This document shows positions 11,333-22,890 of a stretch of DNA of 55,875 nucleotides, in pieces. The DNA is taken from the NCBI RefSeq assembly GCF_001194135.2, contig NC_068982.1, positions 181,324,284 to 181,380,158 on the forward strand, written 5' to 3'. Every line of letters begins with the position of its first letter. Position 1 is the first letter of the stretch. Under the pieces are notes generated by a model that worked only from the letters and a program-made list of their open reading frames with translations, was not told where the DNA came from and made no database searches. Position numbers and translations under genes: made by a program. Source of the DNA: Octopus bimaculoides (lineage: Eukaryota).

Positions 11333-13275
11333 AAATGGGTGCAAAAGGAACTCATTCGGCTGCAAAGATCAGCTATAAAAAAGCCGTATGATACTCGAAA
11401 AATTGCTCATCCGAGAATCGAAATTTTATCACACCATGGATTGACTATCGTAAGGCATTTGACAGTGCCCCACATAGCTGGATCTGAAAGGCGCTGAATA
11501 TACACACGAACTCTCCTTTCTTAAAGGTTTTGTACAAAAAAGTGAGGGAATGTGGAACACAAAATATTATTTTTCAACAACGATTTAGCATCGTTTGTGT
11601 CAGAGAACATCAAAATAGATCGTGCAATATTCCTGGTTGATTCACTCTCCATTCTTCTATTCTGTCTTTCCCTCATTCCCTTGTCCCACGAGCTGAATAG
11701 AACAAATTAGGGTTAGCAAATGTTTGATAAGTTTAATTTTATCTCACACTTGCTCTATATGGATGATCTGAAATTATAAGCAAAATATAACAAAGAACTG
11801 AATGGGCTGCTAATAACTGAGAAAAATCAGTGATAACATAAGTATGGAATTTGACCGTGAAAAGTGAGCAAATGTTTCGTTCAAAGATGACAAACTGACA
11901 GCTGATAGCATGACCGAACTTCATCATGATACATCTATCAATGACCTGGACTAAGAAGGCGTTTATAAGTATCTTGGGATACAGGAAGGGAAAGAGTTTC
12001 AACACGGATCAATGAAAGAGAAGATCAGGATAGACTATTTTAGACGTATCAGAATGGTTCAAAATACTGAACCGAACTCTCAGAATAGAATTCCAGCTAT
12101 GAACTCATTGGCGGTACCTGTTGTCCAGTATAGCCCTAATGTTGTCGTTTGGAATCTGAGTGATCTCCAGTACATGGACATAAAGACCAAGAAAATGCTG
12201 ACATTAAACGGAATGCACCACCAACAATCAGACGTGCACAGACTCTACTTCTCAATGAACAAAGGAGGTGCTAAAGAAGATAAAGAGGAAGACAAGAAAG
12301 CTCCCAATTATCTATGTGCAAACACTGATCGCCTATACATGAAAAGAGCAAATGGGGAAAGAAGTCTGATAAATGCCTATGTATCGAACTCGAGAGCTTA
12401 ATGAGATACTTTGCTCAAAGTAAGGAAACCTTACTAGTGTCAGTTACGAACGAGGGCGTATTGAAAGCAGAGAAAAATAAAAACAAAATCATTAGAGAAG
12501 TAAAAACAGGGCATGAAGAAACATTACAAAACAGAGGACTACACAATCAATTAGCTACAGCATGAGTTGCTCGAAAACATAGACGGAATTAGCTGAAGAA
12601 AGGAAGAAAGAAAAGAGAGACCGTAAGCACTATACTGTCAGCACAAACGAAGCTCTGGCCACAAATTGGGGGGCCAGTCTTTGGAATGAACAGGTATCTT
12701 CGTGTTGTGGCATCTGTAATAGAGAGGATGAAAGTATTGCCTATATCACGAAAGAATGCTCTAGACTTGCCCAAACCATGACAAGTTGCGGCAACACGAT
12801 CAGGTAGCGAAAGTGCTGCACTGGAAACTGTGCGAAAAGATGGGAGCTAGAGAGCGGCAATACGTGGTATGTGCAGAAACTCCAGTGTGTGACGGAGTTG
12901 CAGACTAGCAAAATCTTCTGCTGGTATTTCCCAATCCAAACAGATCACATGCTAGAGCATTACAAACCAAATCTAGTGGTGATAAACAAGATGCTAAGTA
13001 GTTGAGTTTGCGTGCCCCTTTGACCCACGAATTGTCAAGGAGGATGGCAAAAACTAGAAAAATACAACTCTATTAATTACTCTTAATTACGAAATAACCC
13101 AGCTATGGAAAATGAAGAAGGAAGGATTGTGCCAATTATGGTTGTGGCCTTGAGGACTGTATCAGAAGGCATCAATATAAATATAAAGGTAACTGGAAAT
13201 GAGTACAGAGTAGAACTCTTAAAAACGTTTTGCCTCCTTGGCCCAGCCATAATAATCTGTAAAGTATTAGATCAT
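11333..13275 (+). mobile_element. R4/Dong-like non-LTR retrotransposon (RT, zinc knuckle, restriction-like endonuclease), 5'-truncated and decayed
   Basis: GCKRNSFGCKDQL, WIDYRKAFDSAPHSWI, DSLS.LLFCLSLIPLS, ISHLLYMDDLKL; ORF 12012-12401 MKEKIRIDYFRRIR...DVHRLYF; CGICNREDESI..I..EC..LAQ...HDQVAKVLHWKLC; FPIQTDHMLEHYKPNL; VPFD; C-terminal CLLGPAIIICKVLD. Confidence 0.9.
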
Positions 13276-13684
13276 AACCATGTTTAACATGTGGACACTT
13301 TTGATTTCAATTTTACTGGCGTTGAATTTCCATAGCTATTCGATGTTTAGAAAATCTTGTTGTATTTTTATAATTAAATATTATTAGGGCTTATATAAAA
13401 ATAGCTATAATATTTAATAATAATAACTGCAATTTGGAAAAAAAGACTTACAAGGGCATATTCTCAGAAAATATTCTTAATCTGCTTCACATTCACTTCT
13501 CAAAATGCATCTGGAGGAATATGTTTGCGGGCTATTAACATCACGTAATGAAGGAACGAATAAAATGATAAGAGAATATCAATAAATCTATACAAAACTG
13601 TTTGATGCTTCTTTTTTCCTTTTCTTTTTTCTTTCGTCATTCTTTCTTTCGTTTTACCTGTCTTTGTCTTTTCGCCAGTTATAA

Positions 13685-13685
<1 letters not shown>

Positions 13686-13755
<70 letters not shown>

Positions 13756-13848
13756 AAAGAAGAAGAAGAAGAAGAAGAAGAAGAAGAAGAAGAAGAAGAA
13801 GAAGAAGAAGAAGAAGAAGAAGAAGAAGAAGAAGAAGAAGAAGAAGAA
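13686..13848. repeat. Compound (GTA)n(GAA)n microsatellite
   Basis: Read directly from the sequence. Confidence 0.95.
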
Positions 13849-14149
13849 AAATGATAAAATGAAAAGTGATTAAAATTCAAAATTATAGTAATTCAAATCC
13901 ACAATATGAACGAGAGCAACCTGCGACCTCACGTTGATGGAATGACATCAACAGTTTTCAAATTTCAAGCTTGTAACTGGCAAAAGGAACAGAAACAAAT
14001 ATCGAGAGAAAAAGACAAAAGAAAAAATGTTAAATGAAGAATATTTCATGAAACATTTTCGTGTAAATATGATGAAATTCTCCTGTCACTTTAGTCATCC
14101 ATCGGGGCCGTGTGATGTTAATAACCTAGCAACATATTTCTCCTGATTC

Positions 14150-14780
14150 CCTTTGAGTACTGAATGCGCAGCAGATACGGCATATTTTCTGAGAATATGC
14201 ACTTTCAAGTCATTTTCAAAACTGCAGCCCATTGACACAAAATGTTCAGCAAGTTCTATCGAACTACTGTTATAGTTCCTGACGTGCAGATGGTTTCACT
14301 GAGTTTATCTGCTATGAATTATAGTTAGTTTAACTTGTACGGGCAGCATTGTGCATGGATGTACTAGTTTGAGATTGTTATATCCGGATTATGAGAGAGC
14401 AATGATTTGAACGCTATCAGCGTGCTTCAAATGAAATAATATTCCCTAGTGAAAACTACTCAGTAATGAAATATGTGCAGTTTGTCACGAAGCCGCAACT
14501 GTGAATTTAGATTGTCAAATGAGTATCTAGGCATTCAGTTCCATGTGACGTTTCAATACTCTTAGAGACACCAGATGAACTGATAAAAATGTTCTCGTTT
14601 CTGATCAAGTGCATTTGTTGTGTGTAACATTTCTTACTTCATTGGCTGTTATACCAATGCAGAGTTTTGTGAAGCCATTGGATGCTAGAAAGGTGGTTGT
14701 AAAGACACCATCATTTGATAGCGAGAATTTGCCAAATGGGGATCGGGCAAAATGTAGTGTGAAGAATATGGGTTTGCGTA
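14150..14780 (+). pseudogene. Possible decayed DNA-transposon protein C-terminus with a Cys-rich tail
   Basis: A stop-interrupted frame ends HSVPCDVSILLETPDELIKMFSFLIKCICC, followed after a frameshift by CNISYFIGCYTNAEFCEAIGC*KGGC. This loosely resembles the P-D-x-L-L-x-x-I-x-C-x-C / CXC tails of some transposases. Not confirmed. Confidence 0.25.
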
Positions 14781-16844
14781 TTTGTATGTGTTGAAGTGTG
14801 CAATGCTGGAAGCGACATGAAGTATGAGAGGCTAACATTCACGTTATCGTAATTAAAATGTTTATGATAGTTATGTGTTCATTAACACCAGAAAGCTTCT
14901 AGCTATATTAGTGGTGTGTTATATTAGTGTACGGCATCAGCAAAACTTTGTATTGTTTTTCTTGAATAGATCGTGATGTTTATGCCTTCTTGCGAAACGC
15001 TTGCTAATTAATGTTAGGAAACCGAATGCAGCAATTGGTACATATAGGCTGAATTATGTGTAGAAGCTCATTTTCTTGGTTTCTATTGTTTATTTACTTA
15101 TCATATTTACTAATCACTTTATTTTCTTCCCAAAATATCTGAGCGCAACAACAAGTATGCTGACCGGCATACCAGATAAGAAGAAAACCTTCACCAAAGC
15201 ACACGGAGGAATGTATACAAGGACACGCAGTAACCTCGTATATCACGAGATAATTAATTAATCACAATTCCACACACAAAATCAAACATGAATAGATATG
15301 TATAAATCAAACCGTTTAGAAATTTTAATTAGCTCGAAATTAATATCAATTAATTATATGAATTTCCCCAAACATGCAATAAACCTCACATTCTAAGATA
15401 CAAAAGCTTGACTATTTTCATCCGAAGCGCTCAGTTATGACGATTACATGTACTAAGCGCAGGACAGTCAGGTGTTAGATAAAAAAGGAAATCCGTAAAC
15501 ATTTTACACACTCACACGTAGAAGTTCAAACGCACAGTTACATGTGCCCTAAGATATATGATTCAAGTTACATGTCCTCCTAATATAAGCGAAAATCTTT
15601 CATTTGTGTCAGACATCGATGAGATACAGCTTATCATTCGGGATACACCTGCACAAATATATCAATAATTTGTTTTGAAGTTAATTTTAATAATACATGA
15701 ACAAAATCCTGTAAATTATAACGAAGCAAGAGCATTTAAAATACTAGGGAAAAAAGCACTTACCAAGCGATACACACATATACACACAAACACGAATACA
15801 CAGCAACACGAACAACACACTATGAAAATTTAGCAGAGCCTTTCCACATGTCACATTAATTTAAATCGGACACCAAATACAAATACAGTTTCAAAAACTC
15901 CTGTACAAATGAATTTGTCAATTTCTTTCTGGATATGTTTATTCGAAATAAACACGCCATTGAGAATTTTTAATCTTGTGAATAATATTTACACCTTTAA
16001 AGCAACACTAATTACAAACATGATTCGATGCAAATTCCTTGATGATAAACATACACAACAAAAAAGCAGATGCCAAAAGAATACAATTAATTATCTTAGC
16101 ACATAAAGAAAACAGTACAAAAAGAAATTGCAAAACTTTTTCGAACAGTTTATTCACAAATACACGAAAAATAAAGATTACAGTAAAAAAGAAAAAAAAA
16201 TCTGAAATAATAATCGTACAAAATTTGAAAGAAAAAACATCCAACCACCATAGGTAAAGGTACACAGAAACAGTTATTAAAATACTATCAAATCGTGTGG
16301 TAACAATTGAGGATTTGTATGAAGCTACCCCCTCAGCTTCATACACAATGCCCAGGTTTCGTATCGAGTGCTACTAGGCATCATCGTATACCGTATATCA
16401 GTATCCTGTCTCTACTCGTGATTTAGGGGTGCTCACTAAAATCTCCTTAATACTGGGCGCGTAACTGAATGATACCCTTACGTTTTGCCTCTTAAACAAA
16501 CGTCCGTAATTTCGTGACGCAGTAAAGTGTTTGTCTACCAGTCTATGGAAAATTCAACCCACGCAGGTTTTCCTCTTGACTTGAGGACAGGTTTGTGATA
16601 CCCACCGACAACGGCAACAACAATGGTAGCGGTGGCGGTTATGACGGTGGTGATGGTGGTGATGATGGTAGTGCCAGCAAAGCATCAGGCTGCATAGTCA
16701 ACAATACTAACAGTTACGACGGAAGCAGCAACACCACATTGCGGACGCGAATTGTTGCTACGCCAATAGCACCGTAAATACGAGAATCACCTCCAAGAAT
16801 ACCAGCAACAGCAACGGCTCCAAGAAATACAAGGACATCAGGCC

Positions 16845-17230
16845 CGGTGTTAATGAAAGATGCATCAGCGGTGGTAGCACAGCCAACACACAGAAACAAA
16901 ATATTTCGGTTCAAACGTGCCCACTTTTAAGTAACGCCTGAACAACCACAAGTCATTTTATTAGGATACTAGAAATGTGCAACATCACATCTCTCGGCAT
17001 CCACATAAGGCACTTAAAAGAAGAAGGTACCCCAGGCATAATTAAATCGAAACTTCTTGAAAAACCAGAGACTTATATATATGGGAGCAAATGATGAAAG
17101 CTTTACTTGCGAAAGAGAACAAAGATCCTAAAACCTCATTGCACCCGGGGACCTTTCTAAACACCATGAAAATAGATTTTAGTGAATGGCCTCAGCTATA
17201 AAATTTCCTACCACAAACTTGAAATTCAAC
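16845..17230 (+). mobile_element. Penelope-like GIY-YIG endonuclease fragment
   Basis: Frameshifted P.VNERC, KYFGSNVPTFK*RLNNHKSF, then TSLGIHIRHLKEEG..GIIKSKLLEKPETYIYGSK..KLYLR. Same motif order as 5141-5560. An N/S/G-rich linker lies upstream (16600-16840). Confidence 0.75.
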
Positions 17231-17569
17231 ATTTTTTCAATAACCCCGCCTGAACACCTTCGAATATCTATGCAGCCGCAGTTGCAAAGAAGTTATGCAC
17301 CCGTGGCCATTAGAGTCTGACGAGTCGCCTATACTGCCAAGGGCCTTATAGGTGCGAAGGCAATGGTCAGTCTATGGCTGACCATAACATTTACCTTTCT
17401 TAGGAAAAGTATATTACTGCTCTATCACTTTAGAATGTACTTCATTTTCAGATATATGACTGTGCTTGGTTTTCGCATATATGTGCTCTTATCTTTCGTT
17501 TTTCGGATTATCGACTGCTAACGATATATATCAATTTTTTTCTCCGTGTTTTTCTCCTTGTCTCCGTAT

Positions 17570-17606
17570 TCTTTCTGTTGAAGAGCGTAGCTCGAAACGT
17601 CAAAGA
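17570..17606 (+). ncRNA. Minimal type I hammerhead ribozyme-like motif (A6U core variant) in a PLE tail
   Basis: TCTTT-CTGTTGA-A-GAG(CGTAG)CTC-GAAAC-GT-C-AAAGA. 5-bp helix I, 3-bp helix II, palindrome ACGT, GUC site. It lies ~350 bp downstream of the PLE endonuclease fragment, on the same strand. Confidence 0.65.
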
Positions 17607-17718
17607 CTTTCCGTATTCCCGAGCGTCATACTAATATATACTTTTGTTATTTACACCACCTGTCCTCGTCTGTAGTTATTATTTGTATATTCTCCCATAT
17701 ATATATATNNNNNNNNNN

Positions 17719-18302
17719 TCTTATCAATGTTGAGTAGCCGAACCCACCAGGCGTCGCTACTGACCGTCTCTACGAATGATTATTTACCTAGATTCAGTTG
17801 AATACATCCACTGGTTTTCAAAAATAGAGATGTTAATATTTGTAAGTCTCTCTAAAGGAGACTACGGCAGCGGAACTGGATATCAATAGTTATCGCCAAG
17901 CCAACATGGCCATCCAAAAATTAGGACGAATGCTGCTGTTGATTAGCTCCAAGAGGCCATAACCTCTAGCTAGCTATGTGACACACGAATCTGTGTCCAT
18001 TATAACCTTCGAACAGGGGAGGTCAGCCGCTTCCTTTTGCTGGTTTGGCATCTACAGACTAGTTTCGAGGTATTGCCTCTTATCAATGTTGAGTAGCCGA
18101 ACCCACCAGGCGTCGCTACTGACCGTCTCTACGAATGATTATTTACCTAGATTCAGTTGAATACATCCACTGGTTTTCAAAAATAGAGATGTTAATATTT
18201 GTAAGTCTCTCTAAAGGAGACTACGGCAGTGGTACTGGATATTAATAGGTATCGCCAAGTCAACATGGCTGTCCAAAAACTAATCAACGGCAGCATTCGT
18301 CC
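17719..18302. repeat. Tandem repeat with a 359-bp period (about 1.6 units visible; starts at a gap edge)
   Basis: 17719-17870 is identical to 18078-18229. The next ~50 bp differ at 7 positions, followed by a 23-bp inversion. Confidence 0.9.
18054..18089 (-). ncRNA. Type I hammerhead ribozyme motif with compensatory U3:A8 core, in the 359-bp tandem unit
   Basis: Minus strand reads ACA-TTGATAA-GAGG(CAATA)CCTC-GAAAC-TA-GT-C-TGT. Perfect 4-bp helix II, palindrome ACTAGT, GUC site after 18057, extendable helix I (GGCTACT-CA-ACA / TGT-AGATGCC). Confidence 0.75.
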
Positions 18303-18479
18303 AGTTTTAGTATTGGAAATTTTCATGCAACAATGCGGCTTGTGTTTTAAGGTTAGCCCCAAACGATATTTTTAACGAGACACCATCTCTAGTAAGATTG
18401 TCAGTCAAGAGAGCAGAACTCTTACTACCCATAGGTTTGCCTGTCCTATTTGCATTTCTGTGTTTCGGAGGCCATAATA

Positions 18480-20930
18480 ATGATTCCCACTAGTAGACAA
18501 ATGTGCGTCAGTTCGTCCCGTATGTTATTCCAAATATTGCTCCGGGTCTCTGATGTGGAATTGCTACAACACACGCTTGTGTAATGTACTTGGTATTACA
18601 ACTCTTTGCACGTAGATCAGAATAACGTCGCATATTGAAAAACTTACTTGAAGTTGTATTTCTATTCTGCTTATTTTTAAAAGCTTCTTTCATTTTTGTC
18701 ATACTCACCGCCTACGGATTTTATTCTTATATCCTGTGCAGTTACTGGCATTTTCTGCCTGCAGTGTGTCTATCACGGTGTCTTCTAGTAGTTCCGTACT
18801 TTTGGGAGTTAAGTTCGATAGCCAGTCCGCAAGACATTTTTTTTTTGTCAGAATACACTGTATTTTGAAATTGTAATTTAGTATTATTATACCCCAACGT
18901 TGTAGTCGGTGCGCTGCATATTAGATAAGCCTTTGTTTTGTTTGGCCTATAAATTGATAGCAATGTTCGAAGATCTGATTGTATCAGAAAACTTCTACCA
19001 TGTAGAAACATGTGAAATTTTTTCACAGTAAAGATAATCGATAGGGCTTATTTTTCTATATGACTTTATTTTTTCTCTGCCGCTATCAGTGAGCGCGAAA
19101 CATGACTCACTGGTTTCATACGTCCATCTTTATACCTGTGCAGGAAAACTGCACCTATTCCGTACTCCGAATCATCAGATGATACAACAATGTCTATTTC
19201 AAGATTGAAATGCACTTGAGACAACTCTGCGATTAAAATTGTTTTTATTTGTTCGAACGCATTTTGTCATTTAACCGACCAATTCCATTTACCTCCTTTT
19301 CAGTAAATCATCCAATTGATTTTGGACTTTGTGCTTGTTAGGAATGTAGTTTTGCTAGCAGTTTCTCAGCCCAAGAAAAGGTTGTAATGTTGATATATTT
19401 GTTGGAGCAGGCATATTCTTCATTACGTTTGCCCTCGACGGATCAGGCTGTCTACCTTTTGTATCAGTTTTTTGCTCTAAGTACCTAATTTAAAGCCAAG
19501 AATTCGCATATTTCTTCACTCAAAGTGAACTCGTACTATTTAATCTTCTTCATATGTTACTCATGATTTGCTGAAATATTTCCGGTGCAACATCTAATAC
19601 AAAAGCAACCGGTTATATCTGTTCAATCCTCTATGTATATTCATTGTCAGATACTTTGAGCATTTTTCATTCACTTTAATCTGTAAATTAACGTCAGACA
19701 GATCGAATTTGGAGAAACTTTTTCCATTGTTTAATATTGGTAAAATGTCCTCTGGATTCAGGAATAGATGGTGGCATGTCTTTAAGCAGTCGTTCTGTCG
19801 AGAAATCAGCGCACATCCTAACATTATTTTTCTTTTTAATGCACACCGGGTGCGCCGCTTAATTAGAGTAATCCAACTTTCTGATGATTCCACTCTTTTC
19901 CAATCTACCCAGCTCTTCATTTACGACTTTAATTACCTCGAACGGTAATTTTCGGTAAGATTTAAATACATGAATAGCGCTTTCACTTACTTCAAAGCAA
20001 ACTTCACTCTTTTCACATAGACCGAAATCCTCTGATTGTGCTTGAGGAAACATCTTTTTCAATTCCTCAGGCGATTTATTTTTAACGGTACAACCATTTA
20101 TGTTTTTGCAGTAGAGACCTACGGGGAGATGCCATAAGTGAAATAACTCCAACCAATCTGTACCAAACAGATTGATCGGATTCTTTACAATAAATATTTT
20201 GGCTTTACGTTTTCTCATCGAAATGTGATACCTGCAGACGTTTCGCCTGTGAAATATAGCTTATCGTCCAACAAGCCACGCACAATTTTCGCTGTTTTAC
20301 TTCAGCTTCCGCGAGTATCTGCATTTATTATTGAAATATCACAACTCGTATCCAACTGTAGCTTAATATTTATACCATTTATTTTGACGTGTACGAATTT
20401 TCTTGTTTTGTTTTGTATTCACTTTCTGCTGAAAACAGTTAAGGACTTTTTGCGTTCGACCCTCGTAATCTTATCCTACAGTGTGATATTTTGCGATCAG
20501 GTTTCTGGGAACTATATTATTTTCTGCTTTTTAACGGACACTCTTTTCTAAAGTGTAGGCCTCCATATCCGTAACATAGATTGGGGTTCAGCACTAGTTT
20601 TTGCTTGTTCTATTGGTTGTACTTTCCGGATCGACACTTCTGCATTTTTGCGGAATGTTTCTCTTGAATTTTTTTCACATCATGCTTCAACTTTACCATT
20701 CCTTGACATTCTTCTGCAATGGTCTGTAGGGTTAAGTCTTGGTTCACTTGCTCCATGTTTGAGCGAATCCTTATGCAAATTTCTCTATCTTCGGTTGCTG
20801 TAAGGCCTTGTACAAAGACAAAGGATTTAAAAATATATTGATTGAGTTACTGTAGTTTAAAGATTTCACACATACGGTTAACTACTCCAGCGTATATAAT
20901 AAAGTCTTTATCGTCATTTTTGTCGATGGT
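18480..20930 (-). mobile_element. Gypsy/Ty3 LTR retrotransposon internal region (gag knuckle, protease, RT, RNase H, start of integrase), decayed
   Basis: KECPLK...KISHCR; KINGINIKLQLDTSCDISII; ELGRLEKSGII..LDYSN then WAAP; MCADFS; NNGKSFSKFDLSD..LQI; HRGL.RYNRL; RNase H SDDSEYGIGAVFLH.YKDG..KPVSHVSRSL.AAEK; HMFLHGRSFLIQSD. Confidence 0.9.
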
Positions 20931-20945
20931 AGATAAAGAATACAC

Positions 20946-21133
20946 TGTAACAGTTATATAACAATACAAAATAGAAACAGAGGCACTAGCAAACACGTAA
21001 TGAAACAATAATCAATATTTATAACACACTCAGTCGAACTGTAAACTGTAACTGGACTTGGAGGACCAAACTACCAACTGCCGACTACGACCGCAACTAT
21101 TTATATGTAGCGTTATCGTCTATTCTCATTACA
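20946..21133 (-). mobile_element. Candidate 5' LTR of the Gypsy element (188 bp)
   Basis: Bounded by TGTAA...TTACA terminal inverted repeats, contains TATAAATA on the minus strand, and lies directly upstream of the gag-like region. No clear PBS and no second LTR seen. Confidence 0.5.
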
Positions 21134-21818
21134 GGGTATTCCCGCCAGAATTGTTTTTAATCCCGCAAGGTGTCGAAAATCCACCTTCGTCACCAAGCAA
21201 ACTTAGTGGGGTTAACCGTTTAGTCGCCGCCGATTCGACGATTTCACAACGCCAGCTGATAATCATTCAGGATTATAATTTACTTCTTCACTATTAGTAT
21301 TGCACTATTACTAGTACTATAATCTCATCTTATTTTTTTACTTGTTCAGTATTATAGTCTCACTATTATTACTATAATCATATTATTAATATAAAGCCTA
21401 TAGGTCCTAATATTTTCTCCCCTGATTTCTTTCAACAACAAATGATGGCGGATTTACAGCTGTTGGTTTAGGTACTGATGATGCTGCCGCGCTAAATAGA
21501 AGAGCGAGAATTTTGTGTCTACCAATACAGGTTGTTTGATTGGACTGGAAGTTTTGAGAGGAACATAGCTAAGATATAGACATCTATGAACAACTTTTCA
21601 AAGTTTAAAAAAAACTACAGGAATCTATCTATAAAACATCACATCGTATATAAGATAAAGTAACCTATATGTGGAACATCACATCGTAGTTAAGATATAC
21701 AAATCTCAAAGCTTTAGCAAACATATAGACATTTCTCTAAAAGAAATTCTAAAATCTTTGAATCACAGAGTGGTATTTCATAGTTTCCAGTAATAGAAAA
21801 GGCTTACACATTTTGCAG

Positions 21819-21922
21819 GAACCATTAAATAGCCAGCCATCCTATCGTCGTGCCTCCTTGCAACATCACTCAAGCCCCGGTGGTAGAGGAGGTAGAGAGA
21901 AAGCGAGGCGAAGGGGAAGCAG
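21819..21922 (+). CDS. Candidate internal coding exon (EPLNSQPSYRRASLQHHSSPGGRGGREKARRRGS)
   Basis: GC-rich island with acceptor TTTTGCAG|G and donor CAG|GTAAAA. 104 nt, and only one frame is open. Confidence 0.4.
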
Positions 21923-21968
21923 GTAAAATCGCCGAAATTCAAGCGTGGTGACAAGTTTTTGTATAGAA

Positions 21969-22023
<55 letters not shown>
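21969..22023. repeat. (ATT)n microsatellite
   Basis: Read directly from the sequence. Confidence 0.95.
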
Positions 22024-22024
<1 letters not shown>

Positions 22025-22162
22025 ATGTATCCTACATCATGTCAGCACAATTAGATGTACCCCCCCCCCAAAAAAAAACTGGTATTGCCAGTTGGCATCG
22101 TCACCCTGTAGCCGGCTTTTATATACATATCCAAAATGTTTCCTGTAAACAAACTTAAAGGA

Positions 22163-22194
<32 letters not shown>

Positions 22195-22639
22195 ACTTGT
22201 CGATGAATAATTCTAATACACAGGTAAACTGTTTAATTCCGATGGAAATTGCCAAAGTGTCAAATTGTTGAATTATGAAATCTCAGAATTCAATATTTAT
22301 TAAAAATTCAGATTCTCTAAAAAGCAATTGTAAACTGCATTCATACATTCGAGCGTACTAGTTTATTGAAAATATTCAAAGTTTTCATTAATGTAGAGAT
22401 ACAATAACAATCTGTCACCAGGGCATTCGGAATTAGAATGAGGCAAATTTATTCAAAATATAATTATTAGAAATTACTCGGTTTTAGCATTTAGTGTCAT
22501 TTTATTTTATTGCGACATAACATTTCGGCTTTCAAAATTTAAAATACATATTGTGTCGATTTATTCCGTGAAGTAACTTCTAAATATGAATATATTTTAT
22601 ATTACACAGTGTATTCATTTGAAAATATTAATTACAAAT

Positions 22640-22890
22640 TTTGGCACAAGGCCAGCATTTCGGGGAAGATTAACTCGGTTACATAGACCCCCAATGATCA
22701 ACACATATGAATGGTAAAGTCAACCTTGGAGAAATCTGAACTCAGAACGTAAAGACGAACGCAATGCCGGTTAGCATCTCGCCCGGCGCGCTAACGATCC
22801 TGCTAGTCCGGTGCCTTTGATGCAAACAGCTAGAAATGATGGCGTTAAGCATTTTGCCCTGCGCCGTAACAATTTTGCTAGCTTGCCGCT
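22640..22890 (-). mobile_element. tRNA-derived SINE, degenerate, plus an adjacent partial second head
   Basis: TGAACTCAGAACGTAAAGACG and GCTAACGATCCTGCTAG on the plus strand match the reverse complement of the SINE head. Confidence 0.7.

Noticed and set aside
13933-13976. Minus-strand segment with a very strong polypyrimidine acceptor and GTGAGG donor
   Set aside because: Stops in all three frames; the tract may just be low-complexity purine sequence.
19085-19180. Minus-strand CTGATGA ... GAAAC with an adjacent 7-bp stem, resembling a hammerhead
   Set aside because: It lies in the Gypsy RNase H coding frame (SDDSEYGIGAV...KPVSHVSRSL). There is no helix II and no proper NUH.
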